Positions 1-6,889 of a DNA stretch of 14,182 bases are shown here, piece after piece. The first letter of the stretch is position 1; each line of letters begins with the position of its first letter. The notes under the pieces are model-generated. The model searched no databases. It was given only the letters and a program-made list of their open reading frames with translations, and was not told the origin of the DNA. Origin of the DNA: an uncultured Erysipelotrichaceae bacterium. GTDB lineage: Bacteria; Bacillota_I; Bacilli_A; Erysipelotrichales; Erysipelotrichaceae. The position numbers and the translations under genes are program-made. The stretch spans positions 1 through 14,182 of the forward strand of contig CAYNZZ010000022.1 of assembly GCA_964401865.1 (NCBI GenBank), read 5' to 3'.

Positions 1-1
1 C

Positions 2-346
2 ATGTATTTGATGGATACTGCAAATAAAGTAGTTAGGTATGATGATTTTAAAGAATTGGTTTTAGATGATCTTGTTGAAGGGATTTATAAGATATATTTT
101 TCTAATGATATCATCGATGATTATAAAGACATTAATTGGATAGAAAAGAAAGTGATTGAGGGAGGCTTTGTGATTGAAAATTTGATGTATGACTTCTATT
201 TAGATTTAAAAGAAATAGAAGCCCCTAATGGTTATGTTTTGGATGATGATGTATTTAAAATAATGCCAAATTTAGAGTATGGAAGATTAGAGATGAATAA
301 TTATCGCATTAATCAAGCTATAATTATTCCTAACACAAGTGCTTAG
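2..346 (+). CDS. C-terminal part of a Cna-B/SpaA-type (prealbumin-like fold) surface-protein gene; probably 5'-truncated by the window edge
   Basis: The ORF is open from the window edge. The segment GGFVIENLMYDFYLDLKEIEAPNGYVLDDDVFKI fits the Cna-B/SpaA repeat signature (G.f.i.nL.yG.Y.l.E..AP.GY.l....f.i). The protein ends IIIPNTSA followed by tandem stops TAG TAA. The family call rests on motif memory only. Confidence 0.55.
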   Translation: MYLMDTANKVVRYDDFKELVLDDLVEGIYKIYFSNDIIDDYKDINWIEKKVIEGGFVIENLMYDFYLDLKEIEAPNGYVLDDDVFKIMPNLEYGRLEMNNYRINQAIIIPNTSA

Positions 347-806
347 TAAATTATTAATTATCTTACTTATTATTTTGATATACATTGGCGGAAACATTAA
401 AATTGGTGATAGCTTTACAATTGATGAATATGTTGATGTCGAGATTAGAGGAGAAATAAGAAATCCCGGTATATTTCATGTCGCAAGAAATTCATCATTT
501 AATGATTTATTGACACAAATTGAATTAACTGATGATGCTGATATCTCGTCAATTTCTTTGTTTGAAAGATTAAATTATCATGATGTTATTGTCATTCCGA
601 AAAAGACTGAAGATAAAAAGATTTCAATAAATAGTGCCGATTTAAACGAATTAATGGATTTACCAGGAATAGGCGAAAAAACTGCTATGAAAATAATTGA
701 ATATCGAATTTCTAATGGTGGTTTTAAAAATATTGAGGACATTAAAAATGTTTCAGGGATCAAAGAAAAGACTTTTGATAAATTTAAAGACTTTATCACT
801 CTTTAA
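339..806 (+). CDS. comEA: Competence protein ComEA (membrane-anchored DNA receptor: N-terminal TM helix, SLBB-like domain, C-terminal helix-hairpin-helix)
   Basis: GTG start at 339. N-terminal hydrophobic anchor LSKLLIILLIILIYIGG. SLBB-like VDVEIRGEIRNPGIFHV. C-terminal HhH region INSADLNELMDLPGIGEKTAMKIIEYRISNGGFKNIEDIKNVSGIKEKTFDKF is typical of ComEA. Lies directly upstream of comEC as in Bacillus. The start codon is uncertain because there is no clear SD. Confidence 0.88.
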   Translation: MLSKLLIILLIILIYIGGNIKIGDSFTIDEYVDVEIRGEIRNPGIFHVARNSSFNDLLTQIELTDDADISSISLFERLNYHDVIVIPKKTEDKKISINSADLNELMDLPGIGEKTAMKIIEYRISNGGFKNIEDIKNVSGIKEKTFDKFKDFITL

Positions 807-2625
807 ATTATCTGTTTGTTTAATTATATATGTATTTAAGCCACATTATTTAATTTTGTTCCTGGCCTTAATATATTTGTTTTTGGAAGATAAAAGAATA
901 TTTATCATTTCAATACCGTTATTTTTATACATATTTCTAGGGATTAATTACTCAATCAATGTAATGGATATCGGTGTTGTTGAAAGGATTGAAGACAATT
1001 ATATAATAGTTCAAAAGCCTTTCTATAAAGTTAAGTTATATACCAATGAAAAGATGGAATATGGAAGCCTTATTTCTTACAAATATGTAGAAAACGATTT
1101 AAAAAAGGCTCAAGACATCGATAAACTAAGGGAAAATATATTTTATGACGGAAAGATGATTTCCTATAAAACTATTAGAAGAAATAATAGTTTCAGAATT
1201 AAAATTCATAATTATATTGAACAGTCATACGATCAAATAACCAGTGCTTATCTGAAAAAGTTTTTACTTAATGAGAATGGCTTTGATAATCTAAGTGATT
1301 TTTATTTAAGCATGGGTTTTATATATTATTCTGTCCTTCGCTTTTTACTAAAAAGATTGAAAAATAAAAAAATAATATATCTATTTATAATGATTAATAC
1401 TATTTTGTTTGGTCTAAAAGAACATTTCATACTGTTGCTCATCGATGAAACAGTGAAAAAAATTACCATTGACAAAACAGAAAGATTTTCTTTATTTATC
1501 ATTATCATTACATTAATTAATCCTTATCTATTATGTTCTTATACATATATGATTGTATGGATCATCAAATTATTTAGATTGATTGATAATTCTTTAAACT
1601 TTAAATGTTTTATGATTATTCTGCAAAGTTTTTTATTTTCAAAAGTTAGCTTGTTTAAAAGCTTCTTATATCATTTTTATATTTTAATGTGTTGTACCAT
1701 TTATTCATTGAGTATTTTGACATTGGTTATAAAAACCTTTTCATATAAATATCTTGAAATTCTTTCTTTTATTGAAGGATTATTACTAAAATACGACATT
1801 GTCATCAAAGGGAAAATAAATATTATATGCATACTATTGGTTTTAATTGTTACTATAAAATTTGAATTATTTAAAAATAAATATATGCAAACAATAATGA
1901 TAATTATCATTTTACAGTTTAAATTATTCGCTCCCTTTACATCAATTAGTTTTATTGATGTTGGGCAGGGTGATGCAATATTGATAAGTGAGAGATTTAA
2001 TATGACAAATATACTGATAGACACAGGCAGTTCATATGAATATTATCAATTAAAAAAGTCTTTAGACGAAAGAGGAATAGAAAGAATTGACTGTCTAATT
2101 ATTACTCATTTAGATGAAGACCACAGTGGAAATATTGAGAATTTATTACATGATTATGAGATTGATGAAATAAATTATAATAAAAAAGATATCATCATTC
2201 ATCCATTTCATTTATTTAGCTTAAATAACCAAGATTATGAAAACGAAAATGATAATAGCTTAGTTTATTATTTATCATTAAACGGTATATCTTTTATTTT
2301 CATGGCAGATGTATCTAAAAGCGTTGAAAGAGACATTATTAGAAACTATGGACCAATAACATCAGATTTTATCAAAATCGGACATCATGGTTCAAAAAGT
2401 TCATCAGATTTATTATTTTTGACCGAGTTAAATGCGAGAGGTGCTATTATTTCCACTAACGGAAGATATAATCATCCTCACAACGAAACAATAGATAGAT
2501 TAAACAAATTAAATATCAATTATTATAGTACGGCAACATCACAAGATATCTCTTTTTTCTTTACAAATGTAATTGATTTTATGATAACAGGCAATGGAGA
2601 ATTTGTTATAATAAATGACAGATGA
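748..2625 (+). CDS. comEC: DNA internalization-related competence protein ComEC/Rec2 (OB-fold N-terminus, polytopic membrane competence domain, C-terminal metallo-beta-lactamase domain)
   Basis: Many hydrophobic segments. The C-terminal MBL domain has ISFIDVGQGDAILIS, ILIDTG, IITHLDEDHSGN (HxDxDH), IKIGHHGSKSSS and NRYNHPH. The ORF is open from 697. I prefer ATG 748 because GAGGA (735-739) sits 8 nt upstream. The exact start is uncertain, and a start downstream of 806 at a non-ATG codon cannot be excluded. Confidence 0.88.
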   Translation: MFQGSKKRLLINLKTLSLFKLSVCLIIYVFKPHYLILFLALIYLFLEDKRIFIISIPLFLYIFLGINYSINVMDIGVVERIEDNYIIVQKPFYKVKLYTNEKMEYGSLISYKYVENDLKKAQDIDKLRENIFYDGKMISYKTIRRNNSFRIKIHNYIEQSYDQITSAYLKKFLLNENGFDNLSDFYLSMGFIYYSVLRFLLKRLKNKKIIYLFIMINTILFGLKEHFILLLIDETVKKITIDKTERFSLFIIIITLINPYLLCSYTYMIVWIIKLFRLIDNSLNFKCFMIILQSFLFSKVSLFKSFLYHFYILMCCTIYSLSILTLVIKTFSYKYLEILSFIEGLLLKYDIVIKGKINIICILLVLIVTIKFELFKNKYMQTIMIIIILQFKLFAPFTSISFIDVGQGDAILISERFNMTNILIDTGSSYEYYQLKKSLDERGIERIDCLIITHLDEDHSGNIENLLHDYEIDEINYNKKDIIIHPFHLFSLNNQDYENENDNSLVYYLSLNGISFIFMADVSKSVERDIIRNYGPITSDFIKIGHHGSKSSSDLLFLTELNARGAIISTNGRYNHPHNETIDRLNKLNINYYSTATSQDISFFFTNVIDFMITGNGEFVIINDR

Positions 2626-3593
2626 TTTATATATTTAGCGGTGATGAAAACTACCAAAAAAAACAAAAAATAAAAGAGATTATTAAAAATGATAATGGTT
2701 TTAATGTGGATTTTTTTGAAGGGGAAGATCCAAATTTTAAAGTTGAGGATTTATTTATCGCTTTAGATAATGTCGGTTTATTTGCTGAGAAAAAATATGT
2801 CATAATTCGGAATCCTTTCTTTCTTATCAAGAAAGATGGCTTACCTGAAAATTATGAAAAAAGATTTTTTGAATATGTTGAAAACCCTAGTTACTATACT
2901 GATTTAATAATATATAGTGAAGATAGAAACTTTATTGAATCATCAAAATTGTTTAAGAAAATTGCTTCAAATGGTCAAGTAATCAAATTCAATACCCTTG
3001 ATTTAAAAAGTTTTAGATTAGAGTGCAGAAGAATCGTTAATAGCGAAAAGATTGTCATTGACGATAGAGCTTTTGATTATTTGGTTAATTCATGCAATGG
3101 GAGATTAGATAAATTGCATAATTATATTGAAGTTTTTAAATTATATGGTGACAAAATTGATATCAATAATATTAATTATTTTGTCGAAAGAAGAGTAGAA
3201 GATGATACTTTTAAACTCATTAACGCTTTTACGAGTAAAAACATTAATAACACAATTAAACTACTCAACGATATATTATCGACTATTGAATCTCCTTTCA
3301 TTCTAATTGCGTCACTTGCCAGTCAATTGAGGTACCTTTATTTAGTTGCTTATTTGCATAATGAACGATATTCCTTTAATGAAATTAAAGTAATGAGCAA
3401 AACTAAAAATGATTATCGATTAGAAATGGCTCTAAGGACAATTGATAATTTTCCTAAAAACGAATTGTTAAAAACGCTTTATGAATTATCAAATTTAGAT
3501 TCTTTATTAAAGAGTAATGATTCATTAGATGGCAAGAAATATTTTGAAATTTTTGTAATTAATTTAATGCGGAGGGATTATGCAATCAATTAA
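2622..3593 (+). CDS. holA: DNA polymerase III delta subunit (HolA)
   Basis: 323 aa. The N-terminus MIYIFSGDENYQKKQKIKEI matches the typical HolA start (y.l.Gde.yl). Conserved position immediately after comEC, as in Bacillus. ATGA start/stop overlap with comEC. Confidence 0.85.
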   Translation: MIYIFSGDENYQKKQKIKEIIKNDNGFNVDFFEGEDPNFKVEDLFIALDNVGLFAEKKYVIIRNPFFLIKKDGLPENYEKRFFEYVENPSYYTDLIIYSEDRNFIESSKLFKKIASNGQVIKFNTLDLKSFRLECRRIVNSEKIVIDDRAFDYLVNSCNGRLDKLHNYIEVFKLYGDKIDINNINYFVERRVEDDTFKLINAFTSKNINNTIKLLNDILSTIESPFILIASLASQLRYLYLVAYLHNERYSFNEIKVMSKTKNDYRLEMALRTIDNFPKNELLKTLYELSNLDSLLKSNDSLDGKKYFEIFVINLMRRDYAIN

Positions 3594-4761
3594 AGATATA
3601 TATCGTATAGGATATGGACCTAGTTCTTCTCACACTATTGCCCCAGCAAGAGCGATGAACTTCTTTATCGAACAATATGGATTGTTGAAAAGATATGAAG
3701 TAGAACTGTTCGGATCCTTGGCTTTAACTGGTAAAGGACATAGAACAGATGAAATCATTAAAGAAGTGGCTGCGGGTGCTGATGTAGATATCATTTTTAA
3801 TATGAAAGGTCTAGAGAACAAATTAATTATTAAAGGCTTTGATAAAAACGATAATCTAGTTGATACTTGGGAAGTATTTTCACTTGGTGGAGGAAGTATT
3901 AAAACCGATAAGTATGATACTAAAGATGAATTAGATATATACCCTTTAGATAGTTTAAACGAAATAAAAAGTTATATTGAAGATAAAAATATTAGTTTGT
4001 TAGAATACATCTACTCGATCGAAACTGACTTAAAAGAATATCTATCAAATGCTTTTGAAAGAATGATTAACGAAATAGAAAGCGGTCTTAAAGATGAAGG
4101 TTTAATCAACAAGGAATTGAACTATTATCGTGTGGCAAAACAACTATATTCAAACGCAAAAGATGATAAGAGTAAACTTATTGCTTATGCTTACGCAGCA
4201 GGAGAAGAAAATGCTAGTGGACATTTAGTGTGTACAGCACCTACTTTGGGTTCTTGCGGTATTGTCGCTTCACTTATGTATCATTTGTACAAAGATAAAG
4301 GGTATGATAAAGAAAAATTGTTGGATTCAATGGCAATCGGTGGTCTTTTCGGCAATTTGATCAAAAAAAATGCATCTATTTCTGGAGCAATAGGAGGATG
4401 CCAAGCCGAGGTTGGGACCGCTTGCTCAATGGCTTCTAGTATGATTGCATACCTAAATGGTGCTAGTTTAGATTTAATTGAATATTCGGCAGAAGTTGGT
4501 ATTGAACATCATTTAGGTTTAACCTGCGATCCAGTATTGGGATATGTTATAGTACCATGTATCGAAAGAAATGCTGCTGCTATTTTAAGAGCCTTTGATG
4601 CATATATGATTGCCGAAAATCTTCTAAGCGTTAAAAAGAATGTTATTGATTTTGATACTGTTGTTAGATCGATGAATGATACAGCCGAGAAAATGCCTAA
4701 CGAATTAAAAGAAACTAGTTTAGGCGGTTTGGCTATAGGATATAATCATGCAAAATGTTGA
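3580..4761 (+). CDS. sdaA: L-serine dehydratase (L-serine ammonia-lyase), iron-sulfur-dependent, single-chain form
   Basis: IGYGPSSSHTIAPARA, FGSLALTGKGHRTD, FSLGGGSI, CTAPTLGSCGIV, ISGAIGGCQAEVGTACSMA, HLGLTCDPVLGYVIVPCIERNA and ETSLGGLAI align with E. coli-type SdaA motifs, including three Cys candidates for the 4Fe-4S cluster. GGAGGG lies at 3571-3576. Confidence 0.92.
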   Translation: MQSIKDIYRIGYGPSSSHTIAPARAMNFFIEQYGLLKRYEVELFGSLALTGKGHRTDEIIKEVAAGADVDIIFNMKGLENKLIIKGFDKNDNLVDTWEVFSLGGGSIKTDKYDTKDELDIYPLDSLNEIKSYIEDKNISLLEYIYSIETDLKEYLSNAFERMINEIESGLKDEGLINKELNYYRVAKQLYSNAKDDKSKLIAYAYAAGEENASGHLVCTAPTLGSCGIVASLMYHLYKDKGYDKEKLLDSMAIGGLFGNLIKKNASISGAIGGCQAEVGTACSMASSMIAYLNGASLDLIEYSAEVGIEHHLGLTCDPVLGYVIVPCIERNAAAILRAFDAYMIAENLLSVKKNVIDFDTVVRSMNDTAEKMPNELKETSLGGLAIGYNHAKC

Positions 4762-6832
4762 GTTGCTTGCCCCAGCTGGTAATTTAGATATTTTAAAATC
4801 AGCTATTTTATCTGGAGCTGATGCTGTTTATATTGGTGGAAAAAATTTTGGTGCCAGAGCATACGCAGGCAATTTTTCTCATGACGAAATAATTGAAGCG
4901 GTAAATTTCGCTCATCATTATGGTGTAAGAATATATGTTACAATGAACACACTATTAAATGAATTTGAAATTGAAAGTGCGATGAAAGAAGTGGATTTTT
5001 TATATAAAGCCAAAGTAGATGCTTTAATCATTCAAGACTTAGGTTTATATTATCGTATTATAAATGAATATAGAGATATGGAGATTCACGCTTCAACACA
5101 AATGCATATTCATAATTTAAGCGGTGTTGAAACATGTAAACGATTAGGTTTTAAAAGAGTTGTTCTCGCTAGAGAATCTTCTCTAAACTTAATAAAAGAA
5201 GCTACTAAAAAAGGCATTGAAATTGAAGTATTCGTTCACGGAGCAATATGTGTTAGCTACTCTGGACAATGTTTGATGTCTGCCAAGATGAAAAATAGAA
5301 GTGGTAATAAAGGAATTTGTGCTCAATGTTGTCGTTTGCCTTATGATTTAGTCGATAAAAATGATACTAAGGTCGATTGCAAAGATAAGTATTTGTTGTC
5401 GCCAAAAGATATGAATCTATTGAAACATGTTCCGTCTTTAATTAATGCTGGAGTTACTAGTTTTAAAATCGAAGGAAGAATGAAGAAAAAAGCATACGTG
5501 TGCTTGGTTACTGGCTTGTATCGTCAGGCAATTGATGCGTTTTATCATAATGAAAAATTTATTTATACCGATAAGATGGATCGTGATTTACACGCGCTTT
5601 TTCAAAGAGATTTTACTGATGAATATTTATTAGATGTTGATAATAAGTCGTTTTTTGCATCTAATAGACCGAATCATAACGGTATTTCAATTGGAAAGGT
5701 TGTCGATGTAAATAAGTCATATGTAAGCATCAAACTAAGTGATGATTTAAACCAGTTTGATGGCATTAGATTTATTAATAAATTTGATGATGGTTGTATA
5801 GTTAATTATTTATATCGTGATGGTCTTTTGGTTAATAGTGCTAAATGTGGCGATATTGTTAATATCAAAAATAAAACGAAAGCTCAAATTGGCGATGAAG
5901 TTATCAAGACATCGGATTATTTTCTAGAAAATAGTTTCGAAAACTTAAAACCAATTCAAAGATTGGATATTGAACTAAAGGTATATGCAAAAGCTGGTTC
6001 AAAATTAAGAATTGATGTTAAATATAAGGACGTTATCTTTTCTGTGTATTCTGATATAGAACTTTCAAAAGCTTTGAATATCGCTTCAAATAATGAAGAT
6101 ATTTTAAAACAACTTAATAAATTAAAAGACACTCCATATTATATTTCATCTATTGCATATGAAATTGACAAAGTTTTTATTCCAAACAAAGTTTTGAATA
6201 AAGCTCGTCGTGATTTTGTCGAAAAATTAGATGAGTTCAAAGATAATTCTTTTAAACGTGCTTTAAATGCTATAGATTATGATTTGGTAGAACCTATAAA
6301 AAGCAAAATATCTAATATGAGTCAAAGAAGCAATTTAATCCAATATGATAATAGAGAATATGTTTTGAATAATGTGATTAATCCAAAATCAGAATACATC
6401 GATGGTGATTGTATGGTGGTATCTGAGCTTGGTGCATTATTAAATGATTGCGAACATAAAATTGCTTATTATACTTTAAATGTTTCTAATTCTTATGCCT
6501 ATGAACTATTAAGAAAATTAGGATATGAGGCAATTATATTATCTTCTGAATTGAATAAAGACCAGATAGATGCATTATTTAATAGATATGTCGATAGAAC
6601 AAATGATAAAGTTAAACCTTTTATATTTAAAAAGGGGAATAGAATTTTGATGTATCTAAAAAAAGATCCAACATATCAAATGAATAATAATCAGGAACTT
6701 TATTTAGTAAATGGATTTAATAAGTTTAAAATAATTAAAGATAAATTGATGAGTGATACTGTTGAAATAATAGAAGAAAATTATTCAAACGAAGATTCAA
6801 AAGATTATGGAGTTTTTGAAATACTTGAATAG
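4748..6832 (+). CDS. Long-form peptidase U32 family protein (U32 TIM-barrel core, U32 C-terminal barrel, DUF3656-like region); YdcP/RlhA-like architecture
   Basis: The N-terminus ELLAPAGNLDILKSAILSGADAVYIGGKNFGARA is typical of U32. The U32 signature with Cys cluster is EVFVHGAICVSYSGQCLMSAKMKNRSGNKGICAQCCRLPY (nt 5225-5344). RPNHNGISIGKVV marks the barrel domain. ILKQLNKLKDTPYYISSIAYEID..FIPNKVLNKARRDFVEKL is DUF3656-like. AGGA lies 7 nt upstream of the ATG. Confidence 0.88.
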   Translation: MQNVELLAPAGNLDILKSAILSGADAVYIGGKNFGARAYAGNFSHDEIIEAVNFAHHYGVRIYVTMNTLLNEFEIESAMKEVDFLYKAKVDALIIQDLGLYYRIINEYRDMEIHASTQMHIHNLSGVETCKRLGFKRVVLARESSLNLIKEATKKGIEIEVFVHGAICVSYSGQCLMSAKMKNRSGNKGICAQCCRLPYDLVDKNDTKVDCKDKYLLSPKDMNLLKHVPSLINAGVTSFKIEGRMKKKAYVCLVTGLYRQAIDAFYHNEKFIYTDKMDRDLHALFQRDFTDEYLLDVDNKSFFASNRPNHNGISIGKVVDVNKSYVSIKLSDDLNQFDGIRFINKFDDGCIVNYLYRDGLLVNSAKCGDIVNIKNKTKAQIGDEVIKTSDYFLENSFENLKPIQRLDIELKVYAKAGSKLRIDVKYKDVIFSVYSDIELSKALNIASNNEDILKQLNKLKDTPYYISSIAYEIDKVFIPNKVLNKARRDFVEKLDEFKDNSFKRALNAIDYDLVEPIKSKISNMSQRSNLIQYDNREYVLNNVINPKSEYIDGDCMVVSELGALLNDCEHKIAYYTLNVSNSYAYELLRKLGYEAIILSSELNKDQIDALFNRYVDRTNDKVKPFIFKKGNRILMYLKKDPTYQMNNNQELYLVNGFNKFKIIKDKLMSDTVEIIEENYSNEDSKDYGVFEILE

Positions 6833-6835
6833 CTT

Positions 6836-6862
6836 TTGAATTTATCTAGAATTTGTTATAAT
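6836..6862 (+). promoter_or_regulatory. Putative sigma-A-type promoter for smc, with an extended -10
   Basis: TTGAAT (6836-6841), a 15-nt spacer, then TGtTATAAT (6854-6862). It lies in the only gap upstream of smc and is followed by the SD AAGGGGG (6876-6882) 7 nt before ATG 6890. The spacer is shorter than the 17-nt optimum. Sequence-pattern call only. Confidence 0.45.
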
Positions 6863-6889
6863 TAAAATTATGCAAAAGGGGGTAATTCC

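Noticed and set aside
330-400. The idea that a frameshift joins the IPNTSA C-terminus of ORF1 to the hydrophobic stretch LSKLLIILLIILIYIGG, making a complete LPXTG-type sorting signal.
   Set aside because: The hydrophobic segment runs directly into the ComEA SLBB and HhH domains with no basic tail and no stop, so it is the ComEA membrane anchor. ORF1 ends in two consecutive stop codons (TAG TAA). A surface protein-ComEA fusion is not biologically sensible.
2656-2670. A8 and A6 homopolymer runs in holA (2656-2663, 2665-2670) and an A8 run in sdaA (4363-4370), considered as possible slippage or phase-variation sites.
   Set aside because: They are in-frame AAA Lys/Asn codon strings in essential or housekeeping genes of an AT-rich genome. 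There is no alternative downstream frame with coding potential.
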